This document shows positions 32,919 through 42,110 of a DNA stretch of 64,000 nt, piece by piece. The stretch is taken from positions 3,648,001 through 3,712,000 of the forward strand of contig OY759316.1 of assembly GCA_963662275.1 (NCBI GenBank). The letters are read 5' to 3'. The notes under the pieces were generated by a model. That model did no database searches, was not told the origin of the DNA, and worked only from the letters and a program-made list of their open reading frames with translations. Made by a program: the position numbers and the translations under genes. Positions within the stretch are counted from its first letter, which is position 1, and each line of letters starts with the position of its first letter. Source of the stretch: Candidatus Cloacimonadales bacterium. GTDB taxonomy: Bacteria; Cloacimonadota; Cloacimonadia; Cloacimonadales; DAONDQ01.

Positions 32919-34779
32919 GAGACTGTTCAAAATTAACCTCCATTTTACGCAGCCTTATTGGTAGTGACAGAGAAAAAGTGGTCTAAGTGCGACCAATCCA
33001 CATTTTCTTGACATATGCGGGAGATATTTAAACTTGCTAAAAGTGATTCCTGACGCATGATTGGTTGACCTTTATCGACCAGTTCTTTGAACCAAAGCGA
33101 AAACACAAGGTTGCGGGTGGTTTCTTCAGATTTTAGTCCAAATCTACCGGATGTCACCTTCTTGATTTTGCGGTTCCAGCGTTCAGAGACATTGGAAGTC
33201 AAACCTTTGCTGAGGTGTCTCCAATCACTAATGATATTGCTTTTGATGTATTCGGCGGCGGTTGGGGGAGTAATAGCTGTCAGGCTTGCGATACCCTTTT
33301 TCCTTCCGCCCGCCGTTTCTCTTCGGAAAGCTTTCATAATCCTCTTCTTAAAGAACTTGTCCCTGTCTTCAGGGAGATGACATTGACTGATTCTTTTGAA
33401 GAGATTTCGTATCTTATGGAACTTACAGAGTTGGTAATGGACTTTTGGAAACACTGTTTTTCTTGCAACTGCTAACGATTTACTGCCATCACTGACAATC
33501 AGGGTTGGATCTTTCCTGTAGAGCTGTCTGAAGGTTCTGAAACATGCTTCGAATGATTCTTTCTTTGTGTCAGGATACAACTCACAAAACAGAGGGATGT
33601 GAGTCACAAAATCAACAATACTGATGACATAGTACGGAATACCTTTGATCTTCACATATTTCTCATCAATGCTGATCTTTCCGCTCCACTTACCGATTGA
33701 GTTCAGAATCAGGCTCTGCAGGTCAGCGATTTCATGCCAGAGATTTGAGACTGTAGCTTTACAGGTGTTGAGCAGCAAAGCTATCGTCTCGAAGTTCATA
33801 CCGCTTCCAACCAGGTAATGTACCAGCAGACACAGGTTCTTGCGTTCCAGACTATGGAACGGCTTTGCATCGGCGGTTCTATGGGATGTATTGCCTTTAG
33901 CAGTCTTCATTTGTTCCAGGAGTCTGTCACAGATAACAGGTGTATTCTGCTGACCGGCAAGCAGTTTCAGCAGATGTACAGCATCACCGCCTACTGTCTT
34001 TTTCAGAAGAAGCTTCTGAGCTTGCTTAACTACAGACAGAGAATTGACCTGAGAAGCATATTTGCAGAAAGTGGTATAGGACATTTTAAAATCATGATGG
34101 CTGATGAACTCCTGATACATGACATTTAAAGGTAAAAGCAGGTTATTGATAACAAAATTCTCGATCTGAGGAATACACTCCAGCAGGTCAACTTTCCGGC
34201 TTAAATATGCCAGGATATCATGACCATGCTGCTCAAACTCTTGCCAGAAATTATGTACATTCCTGCGGTCTGCGTAGTTAAACAGATCAGCTATTTGCTG
34301 AAGTGTAAGGAGGTTGTCTCCGCCTATTCCTACTAATAAGCGTAGAAACGCTATTAAGAACTTGTGGTTTGATGTTGTCTCAGGCAAAGTGAATGAAAAT
34401 GGTACGTTAATACTTACATGGTATTGGTTACTTTCATGACTAACACTTACCGCTTCTTGAATTGGAGTGTTTTTTTGTCATAATATCCTCCCTTTTGTTA
34501 CCAGGTAACAAATGCCATTGAAGCTATAGCAAAAAACTTGTAAAGAACTATTTTATATGATTTTAACTACACATTTAGTCAGAAACGGCTTCGAAACATT
34601 ACTTATAATCGCGTGTTTTTCAATTTTAGTCAAAAAGCTTAACTTGTGATTTGGTGTCCTTAGCAGAGCTTATCTGTCAATTCTGGAAGGTATGTTAAAT
34701 TATGACCGTTTCGACCACTTTTTTCAACTTGCTACTTTCTAACTTATTGAATATTATGAATAACTTCATGAACAGTCTC
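32919..34779 (-). mobile_element. Insertion sequence (1861 bp), Mutator/IS256-like DDE transposase
   Basis: Terminal IRs GAGACTGTTCA / TGAACAGTCTC; 8-bp DR AGAGGAGG at 32911-32918 and 34780-34787. Confidence 0.9.
32945..34387 (-). CDS. DDE transposase; probable true start ATG 34481 is out of frame by one base
   Basis: SIDEKY, VSDG, QLCKFHKIRN (CxxH), TSNVSERWN. Confidence 0.85.
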   Translation of the reverse strand: MPETTSNHKFLIAFLRLLVGIGGDNLLTLQQIADLFNYADRRNVHNFWQEFEQHGHDILAYLSRKVDLLECIPQIENFVINNLLLPLNVMYQEFISHHDFKMSYTTFCKYASQVNSLSVVKQAQKLLLKKTVGGDAVHLLKLLAGQQNTPVICDRLLEQMKTAKGNTSHRTADAKPFHSLERKNLCLLVHYLVGSGMNFETIALLLNTCKATVSNLWHEIADLQSLILNSIGKWSGKISIDEKYVKIKGIPYYVISIVDFVTHIPLFCELYPDTKKESFEACFRTFRQLYRKDPTLIVSDGSKSLAVARKTVFPKVHYQLCKFHKIRNLFKRISQCHLPEDRDKFFKKRIMKAFRRETAGGRKKGIASLTAITPPTAAEYIKSNIISDWRHLSKGLTSNVSERWNRKIKKVTSGRFGLKSEETTRNLVFSLWFKELVDKGQPIMRQESLLASLNISRICQENVDWSHLDHFFSVTTNKAA

Positions 34780-34786
34780 AGAGGAG

Positions 34787-34858
34787 GTAGAGACGCCCAA
34801 CTTGGGCGTCTCATGAATTGATTCACAACCGAAAGACGCCCTAGTTGGGCGTCTCTAC
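34787..34858. repeat. Inverted pair of GTAG-type REPs
   Basis: GTAGAGACGCCCAACTTGGGCGTCTC ... AGACGCCCTAGTTGGGCGTCTCTAC. Confidence 0.8.
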
Positions 34859-35024
34859 TGCTTTAGAAGTCATTTTCAATGATTTAGATCCATTTCTAAT
34901 TAGGTCACCAAGAAAAAGAGAGGAAACAATCTCTGATAAATAGTCAAAACTTTCTTGACTATAATTTCTCTCTTTGCTTTATTGTCCTTGTATGATTCAT
35001 CTGTTGATAAAAAGAGGTATTAGA

Positions 35025-36389
35025 ATGAAAAGTGTCGCGATCATCAAAGAACATTCTCAAATAAGAGAGCTGGGGTCAAGCCTGAAATACAGTATTTTAC
35101 AGGAGCTGATTAAAAACCCTGCAACCTGCCAGCAACTCTCTAGTATTTTTACATTAAGTAAACAGAAGGTACATTATAATTTGACCAAATTAATGGAAGA
35201 AGGTCTAATTGTCATCGCTGAAACCCAACCACTCAATAATAAGGAAGTGTACTATAGAGCTATTGCGAAGAACTTTTTACTAGATTTTTCATTAGGAGAG
35301 ACCATTTCAGAAAGCATTCTCAATACGCGGAGTATTATCAACAACATCCTTAGTAATGAGTATAAAATCAATTTGCAAGATATAGCTGCCAATATTCTTG
35401 ATAATAGCCTGCGCATGATACCTAAGGAAAGCTTACTTATTGCCACAGGTAGATACAATTTGCCACTGGTCGAGAAGATATTATTGGAAGCATCCCGAAG
35501 GATGATTAAAACAACTCTTATCTACCAGGACCAGGAGTTCATGAAAACCAAGTATGAAGAATTCTCACTTGCCGTATTTAATGCCGATTATGAAAACTTC
35601 AACAAACTACTCAGCACTAGCGATGTTTATCTGAACCTGAACGGTGAATCTCGATATGTGGAATTAAGTGATACACATAAATTGAGCCTGAGAAACAAGC
35701 ATTTTGAAAAAAGCAGGGAAATCATCAATTCACATCGGATTCGTGTTGCAATTATGCCCGGTTTAATTCACGATTCGCTAACAGAAAACACGATTATTTC
35801 TGAATTGCAATTTTGGAAAGCCCTGGATGTTGATTACGATCAGCAATCTGTGACTACTTTATCTCTTTGTTTAAATCTAGCCAACAAACATCAAGTTCAT
35901 GTCGTGAAAAATGCAACTAATTTCGAATTCAGTGTATTGAAAGTTCTTTGTGAAAGTGGTTCCTTCAGTAATAATCCCTATCAAAGCCCTGTTATCAATT
36001 TACCGGGTGGGGAAGTACTGATATTACCTAAGGAAAATACGATGCATGGGACTATCCAAGCCGAAGTAGCCTATGCCTATGGTGAAAAGATCACAAATCC
36101 GCTTCTTAAAATAGTCAATAACGAAATTGTAGATTATCATGCCGATGAAAATGAACATCTTATCACACGAGCTATCGAGGATGGTGGTGTTGATGGACGT
36201 CGGGTGGCATTGATTTGTCTCGGAACGAATGATAATATCAAACCCGAAAATGTCGATAATTCTTATAAGCACAAGTCGAGTGGCTTGATGACCGTGTACT
36301 GGGGTGAGAACAAAACACTGGGTGGCACTGTATCAGGATTGACTGAATGGTTTATTCAACTGGAAAAACCACTTTTAAAATACAATTAA
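35025..36389 (+). CDS. Winged-HTH (ArsR-like) regulator fused to a degenerate M29 aminopeptidase-like domain
   Basis: ILQEL..PAT..QLS...SKQKVHYNL..L.EEGL..E.YYRA; NLPGGEV, CLGTN, WGEN...GG. Confidence 0.7.
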   Translation: MKSVAIIKEHSQIRELGSSLKYSILQELIKNPATCQQLSSIFTLSKQKVHYNLTKLMEEGLIVIAETQPLNNKEVYYRAIAKNFLLDFSLGETISESILNTRSIINNILSNEYKINLQDIAANILDNSLRMIPKESLLIATGRYNLPLVEKILLEASRRMIKTTLIYQDQEFMKTKYEEFSLAVFNADYENFNKLLSTSDVYLNLNGESRYVELSDTHKLSLRNKHFEKSREIINSHRIRVAIMPGLIHDSLTENTIISELQFWKALDVDYDQQSVTTLSLCLNLANKHQVHVVKNATNFEFSVLKVLCESGSFSNNPYQSPVINLPGGEVLILPKENTMHGTIQAEVAYAYGEKITNPLLKIVNNEIVDYHADENEHLITRAIEDGGVDGRRVALICLGTNDNIKPENVDNSYKHKSSGLMTVYWGENKTLGGTVSGLTEWFIQLEKPLLKYN

Positions 36390-36406
36390 ATGCGAGGTAA
36401 CAAAAA

Positions 36407-39400
36407 ATGAAAAAACTAATCCTCTTTTTAATCATCTTGGGATTTACCTGTTTAGCATCAGCACAATGGATTCTCAATGAAGGTTTCGAAAATGTAGCAC
36501 TCCCTACCGGATGGACAGTACATGATGACGGTGATGGTTTTATATGGCGCACCACCGGACAGCTTACGCATGTTCACACGGGTGCTCGTGCAGCCTTATG
36601 CGATAACATTTTACCTCATCAGAATCACGATTGGCTAATCACGCCCCAATTACATATCACTCAAGGTGATTCTCTCTATTTCTATACCGCTGCTTGGATA
36701 ACATCTGAAAATCTGAAAGTCTATGTTTCAACCACAACACCAGTATATACTAATTTTAACATGCAAATTGTTTCTCTTCAGAATATTGGTACGACTTACC
36801 AATTATCACAAACGAGCCTGAATGCCTTTGCCGGGCAGTCGATTTATCTTGGGTTCTTCTGGGAGTGTACCAGTTATGGTATCACTCTTGATGATGTGAA
36901 GGTCGGTCATCCTCAAATGAATCCACCCACTCTTACTTTACCGCCATCCTATACATTCATCCAGGGTGAATCATTAACTGTAGATTTTACACCTTTGATT
37001 ACGACAACTAATCTGGAAACAGCATCTTTAACAGTTAGTGGGAATACTCATGTTGGTGTGAACATTAATGGTTTGAATGTGACATTCACTTCCCCTACTT
37101 GGAATGGAACCGAATCTCTGACTTTTACGATTCACGATAACAGCAATGGCTTACAAGGGACAGATACTGTTCAACTGATTGTTGCTCCCGTACCAGCTAT
37201 TGATTTGGCTTTGGCACAAATCATCTATCCCCGGAATCCTGAATATCTTTCCCACCAGGTCTATCCTTCTGTGAAAGTATCCAATGAAGGAGATAATGCA
37301 TTTACCAACCCGATTGAAGTATCATGTACCATTGCAGATTCCCTGGGACAAAACCTGTATAGCCAGACTGTCAATTACAACCAGGGTGTTGGATTTAACC
37401 AGTCAGTGGATATCAATTTCACCCAAAGTTGGACACCCACTACAGTAGGTCCATATTCAGTACAATTCAACTTGGTTACGACTGATGAATATATGTTGAA
37501 TAATGTTCTAAACCGCAATTTTACTGTTGTTTATCGAGTGATGGAAGGAGGACCGGATAGCTTTGGTTATCGCTGGATCGATAGTAATGCACTTAATGGA
37601 CCTGTTTATTCCTGGAATGATATCAGTACGACAGGACTTCCGGTTATCATGAATGGAGTTAATGCCTTTTCAGGAGATGATAACTTTTGTGAGCCTATCA
37701 ATTTCGGCTTTGAATTTCCCTTCTACGGAACTAATTATCTTCAATTTTATGCAGATACAAATGGTGAGATTTTACTGGCACCGAACAATTGGTACTTAGA
37801 TTATCCCACTGATGGCTGGGATGCAGACGGAAATATGTTCAATTACATGTACCCGATCCCCGGTTATACACAAATGCCAGCTTTAATTGCAGCCTATTGG
37901 GATGATTTGGAAGCTGACCAGGGAACCGGTGATATCTATTTCCAGACTTTTGGAACATTCCCTAATCGCTATGCGATCGTCCAATGGAATAACTTTCGTT
38001 TCCATGCCGGTACTGGAGGAAGCCCTGTACTAAAATTCCAAGCTTTCTTATCTGAAAATGGTGAAATTGCTTTTTATTATCATACGACAGAAAACGGTAT
38101 TACAGGTACAATCGCTCCCCATGAAAATGGACGCAGTGCCACAGTTGCCATTCAAAATCAAACAGCGGATATCGGTCTCTGTTATTTGCGTGAGCTTGTA
38201 CAGAACAACAATTACTTAGGTGTTCAACCTGCAGGTAATCTGTTACACGATGGTTTAGCGATCAGGTTTTATAATGGCAATGACACCCAAGCTCCGGTTA
38301 TTACACATTCCCAGCCGGGAAATACTTACGCTTTGAATCCAACGATCAGCGCTCATATCGTTGACTTTTCGAACATTTCTTCTTCTGTATTGCATGTTAA
38401 CTATAGCGGAACATGGCTGACATTCCAACCGAATCAGATTACGGATTCAGATTATTTATTTAACCTGCCGGAATTGCCACATGGTGTTACTTTGCAGTAC
38501 TATTTTTCAGCTTCCGATGAGACTGGAAATTCTTCTCTGTTACCAGCCAATGCACCTGAAAGCGTATTTTCATTCAAAATATTACCAACAAATGACACAA
38601 GCGTTTTGATTCTCTATTCTGGAACCCAGGATTATGAACATATTGAACTTCCAGTGTATGAATCTTTTCTGACCCAACAACAAATCCCTTATGATATCTA
38701 CGATTGGCAGGAATATTCAACGTACACAATTCCAGCCCAATATACAGCAGTTCTCTGTTTCGCCAATACAGGAAGTCAAGGGGCTGACAGTAATCTACTG
38801 AGTACAAATCTCATGAATTTTATGAACAGCGGTACGACAATAGCACCAAAGCATGTATTCTTCTCCTCTGATGGCTGGGCATCTGCACAAGGGGGCAGTC
38901 CAAATTCCAGTCCTATGAAAAAACTGTTGGAAGCCTATTTCCGTACTGTTTATGCCCCTACCGGTGGCGGTGGTGGTACAAATGGACTTGCAGGACCTGA
39001 TGCCATGGGTTATGCAACCGGTACAATCCTGGATATTGAGGGATCGCATATCGGTACAGCAGGTTCATTGTTCAATGTTAATGCTAATAGCCCTGATTGT
39101 ATATTCAGTAATGATAGCTGTCCTGACTGGTATGCTGATCAAGTGCAATTTCCTGAGATTGGTTCACACAATGCTTTTGCTTTTGAAGACGGTCCTATAG
39201 ATGGACATGCGTATCTTTATCATGGTGTTTGTGCGACATGGATCGATTTGAATATTTATCGTGCCTTCTACTTCAGTTTTGATCTGAGCCAGCTCTCAAA
39301 TCAAACACAAAGAACACGATTCATGCATGACCTGATGGTGTGGTTCAGAATCATTCCCACTTCTACAGATGATATAGTAATGATAGCACCAACCACAGAT

Positions 39401-39667
39401 CTAATGCAGAATTATCCGAATCCGTTCAATCCTGAAACAAAGATCGCATTCTCAACCAGCAAGACTTCCTTAACTAAGTTGGAAATCTATAATGTCAAAG
39501 GTCAATTAGTTAATACACTTGTGAATGAAAATCTTCCCTTAGGAAAACATGAAGTCATATGGAATGGTAAGGATATTCATCAGCACCAGGTATCTAGCGG
39601 TGTTTATTTTTATCGCTTAAGTCATGGTGATATCATCAAAACGAAAAGAATGTTATTACTCAAATAA
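36407..39667 (+). CDS. Secreted protein with cleaved-adhesin (choice-of-anchor J-like) domain, CARDB/Ig-like domains and FlgD/T9SS-A-like CTD
   Basis: EGFE...PTGW...D.DG..W, DWLITP, LDDV; GGPDSFGYRWIDS; QNYPNPFNPET..SSGVYFYRL. Confidence 0.8.
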   Translation: MKKLILFLIILGFTCLASAQWILNEGFENVALPTGWTVHDDGDGFIWRTTGQLTHVHTGARAALCDNILPHQNHDWLITPQLHITQGDSLYFYTAAWITSENLKVYVSTTTPVYTNFNMQIVSLQNIGTTYQLSQTSLNAFAGQSIYLGFFWECTSYGITLDDVKVGHPQMNPPTLTLPPSYTFIQGESLTVDFTPLITTTNLETASLTVSGNTHVGVNINGLNVTFTSPTWNGTESLTFTIHDNSNGLQGTDTVQLIVAPVPAIDLALAQIIYPRNPEYLSHQVYPSVKVSNEGDNAFTNPIEVSCTIADSLGQNLYSQTVNYNQGVGFNQSVDINFTQSWTPTTVGPYSVQFNLVTTDEYMLNNVLNRNFTVVYRVMEGGPDSFGYRWIDSNALNGPVYSWNDISTTGLPVIMNGVNAFSGDDNFCEPINFGFEFPFYGTNYLQFYADTNGEILLAPNNWYLDYPTDGWDADGNMFNYMYPIPGYTQMPALIAAYWDDLEADQGTGDIYFQTFGTFPNRYAIVQWNNFRFHAGTGGSPVLKFQAFLSENGEIAFYYHTTENGITGTIAPHENGRSATVAIQNQTADIGLCYLRELVQNNNYLGVQPAGNLLHDGLAIRFYNGNDTQAPVITHSQPGNTYALNPTISAHIVDFSNISSSVLHVNYSGTWLTFQPNQITDSDYLFNLPELPHGVTLQYYFSASDETGNSSLLPANAPESVFSFKILPTNDTSVLILYSGTQDYEHIELPVYESFLTQQQIPYDIYDWQEYSTYTIPAQYTAVLCFANTGSQGADSNLLSTNLMNFMNSGTTIAPKHVFFSSDGWASAQGGSPNSSPMKKLLEAYFRTVYAPTGGGGGTNGLAGPDAMGYATGTILDIEGSHIGTAGSLFNVNANSPDCIFSNDSCPDWYADQVQFPEIGSHNAFAFEDGPIDGHAYLYHGVCATWIDLNIYRAFYFSFDLSQLSNQTQRTRFMHDLMVWFRIIPTSTDDIVMIAPTTDLMQNYPNPFNPETKIAFSTSKTSLTKLEIYNVKGQLVNTLVNENLPLGKHEVIWNGKDIHQHQVSSGVYFYRLSHGDIIKTKRMLLLK

Positions 39668-39690
39668 ATTAACTCATAACTCATCTCATA

Positions 39691-39723
39691 TCCTGAGTCC
39701 GGTACTAGTTTCCGGACTCAGGA
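39691..39723. other. Intergenic hairpin inside a probable operon
   Basis: tcctgagtccgg-tactagttt-ccggactcagga, no U-tract. Confidence 0.55.
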
Positions 39724-39747
39724 TTAACAAATTCAAATGGAGGAAAT

Positions 39748-41436
39748 ATGAACCAGAAACCCTTTATTGCCTTGTTAGTTCTCTTGATTTGTCTACCTTT
39801 ATTTGCTGGAGATTATAAGATCGGTACTGGCACTTCTACCGAATACTATGTCCCCATGTATGGCAACGCCAATTACAACTGGAGTAAAATTCTTTATACA
39901 AATGCAGAATTACAGACTTCTGGAATGACAACCGCTACCACGATCAAGAAAATCGCTTTTTATGTTTCAAATGTGTCTTCTTACCAGACACTGAATCAAA
40001 AAATTTATATGGGTTATAATTATAATACCCAATATGCTTCTGGATTAACTTCATATCCTTCATCATATACAGGTTATACACTTGTTTATGATGGTGCCAT
40101 CCAGTGGACAGGAACGGGCTGGTTTGAAATTACCCTAACAACACCCTACACCTATGATCCTCTCTCAGTGGCATCTCCCAGTTTAGAAATCCTTTGGGAA
40201 AACCGCGATGGAACTGCTCTTTCACCATATCCCAGATTTAACTATACGAATGTTTCTTACACTTGTTGTTATAAAAGTGGGTCAACCTATCCTTCACTCT
40301 CAAGCGGAACTCGTTACAGTAACCGTCCAAATATTTGGTTGATGTCAGATCCAACGGATGTTCCTCCGGCTGCATCACCTGTGATTCCATTGGACACTGC
40401 CTCCAATATCGAAGTGAACACAGATCTTCGATGGCTTCACAATGGCGGTCAGCCAGATTATTATAGGGTTTTCATTGGCACAAATAATCCCCCTTCTGAT
40501 GTCGTAGCTGGGGAAGATGTCTATGCAAATACTTTTGATATTGCCGGTTATTTGAATTATGGCACAACCTATTACTGGCGCATCATTCCTCATAATTCAT
40601 ATGGCTTTGCGCAGGATTGTCCTATTTGGAGCTTCACAACAAGATCCGATCCAACTATTTATACCTTCCCTTGGACTGAGTCTTTCGATGGTACATTCCC
40701 TAATACGAATTGGGAAACGCATGCAGGTATTTTAACAGATCCTATGGTTTTTGGTGCAGATGGTTTATGCAAATGGGAACAAGATGACTGGTTGAATATT
40801 ACTGGCACTGATAAAGCTGCGAAACTTGAATTACAGTTCACCAACTATACTGGTTGGTTAGTGACACCTCCCTTAAATATTACATCAGATTTGTTTCAGT
40901 TACAGTTTGATCTGGCATTCCTGAAGTGGAACGAAACACCCACAGGAACTCCGCCAACACTCAATGGTACTGATGATCGTTTCGTGGTTTTAATTGGTGA
41001 TGGTTTTAGTTGGACAACTGCCAATATTCTCAGGGAATGGAACAATACAAGTTCTCCTTATGTACTCAATAATATCGCAATCGCCGGTGAAAGAATAACC
41101 ATACCTCTCCCAGTTGCTGGAAGAGCTCAGCGGATCGCTTTTTACGCAGGCTCTACAGTAATGAATGCAGATAACGATCTTATGATAAATAACGTAAGTG
41201 TTGAAGAAGTATTACCCACACCTGTCGCAAATATCTCGGTGAACACAACGAACAGTGATGTCACTCTCTCCTGGGAAGCTGTCGACGGAGCTGCTAGCTA
41301 TATCATTTATAGCGCAGCAACACTCACTGACACATCATTCAGTGAGATTGGTAGGACAAGTGAAGACCATATTGTGATTCCCAATCCCGGTACGAAACAA
41401 TTCTTTAAAGTAAAGGCGACTTCTGTTACAGAATAA
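39748..41436 (+). CDS. Secreted protein with Fn3-like domain and alternative Fn3-like C-terminal domain
   Basis: Signal peptide; LNYGTTYYWRI..WSFTT; C-term W.AV.GAASY.IYS..QFFKVKA. Confidence 0.75.
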   Translation: MNQKPFIALLVLLICLPLFAGDYKIGTGTSTEYYVPMYGNANYNWSKILYTNAELQTSGMTTATTIKKIAFYVSNVSSYQTLNQKIYMGYNYNTQYASGLTSYPSSYTGYTLVYDGAIQWTGTGWFEITLTTPYTYDPLSVASPSLEILWENRDGTALSPYPRFNYTNVSYTCCYKSGSTYPSLSSGTRYSNRPNIWLMSDPTDVPPAASPVIPLDTASNIEVNTDLRWLHNGGQPDYYRVFIGTNNPPSDVVAGEDVYANTFDIAGYLNYGTTYYWRIIPHNSYGFAQDCPIWSFTTRSDPTIYTFPWTESFDGTFPNTNWETHAGILTDPMVFGADGLCKWEQDDWLNITGTDKAAKLELQFTNYTGWLVTPPLNITSDLFQLQFDLAFLKWNETPTGTPPTLNGTDDRFVVLIGDGFSWTTANILREWNNTSSPYVLNNIAIAGERITIPLPVAGRAQRIAFYAGSTVMNADNDLMINNVSVEEVLPTPVANISVNTTNSDVTLSWEAVDGAASYIIYSAATLTDTSFSEIGRTSEDHIVIPNPGTKQFFKVKATSVTE

Positions 41437-41471
41437 TTAGAAGTTATCTTAACTCCAATCCATTGAGCATG

Positions 41472-41510
41472 ATGCATGAGCAGAATATTATCTCTGCTCA
41501 TGCATTTTTA
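41472..41510 (+). terminator. Intrinsic terminator
   Basis: atgcatgagcaga..tctgctcatgcat followed by T run. Confidence 0.75.
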
Positions 41511-41594
41511 TTACCAGGCACACCGCATTCGATCATTGAGCGAAGGTTCCGCTGAGCTGTGTCGAAGTGTCGAAATTCCGATGGATTGTTTGCA

Positions 41595-41656
41595 CTGTTT
41601 TGTATTCACCAGCGGTGAAGTACAGCAGAAACAGAAGATTACGGTGATTCGGTAGC
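41595..41656 (+). pseudogene. 3' remnant of a paralog of 48075-49739
   Basis: Encodes ..VFTSGEVQQKQKITVIR* vs VFTNGEAQQKQKITVIR*; downstream linker nearly identical to 49740-49857. Confidence 0.8.
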
Positions 41657-41773
41657 TGCCAAATTTCATAGCCGTTTGAAAACAGCGTTCCGAAAAGCAA
41701 GGTAAACCATGCTGCCACGATTCCTGAAGTAATCACCACAGGTGCAACGGCACAGCAACGCCTCATCTTGTGA

Positions 41774-42110
41774 GGTGGATAGGTCATATTTTAAATGATG
41801 CAATACTGAAGAATGTTACAGACTATAATCGTGAGAGTAAAAGTTCATTGAAACAACTCTGGAAAAACAATCCTTGACTTGAAATGAAATGTTATTATTT
41901 TATATGTGATACTGGTTTTGTGCGCTTACTTTAGAATGCCGTTTCTTTGTGGTTACTGCTTCAGCTTGTGGGTAATGTTCTTTAGGTCATTGTATTACAG
42001 ATAGAAACAAGGTAAACCATGTTAACACGTTACCTGAAGGAAACAGCCACCATTAGAGAGATAAAATTCCTGAAGTAAGTTGTGTATGTCAATTTTATAA
42101 GGAGTTTATA
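41774..42110 (+). promoter_or_regulatory. Conserved ~335-bp leader, copy 1 (promoter TTGACT-N16-TATTTT at 41874-41901, long 5' UTR, AAGGAG SD)
   Basis: Five near-identical copies, each directly before an FG-GAP gene. Confidence 0.8.

Noticed and set aside
20656..34000. tRNA-anchored genomic island or prophage
   Set aside because: No integrase, phage genes or duplicated tRNA 3' end were seen.
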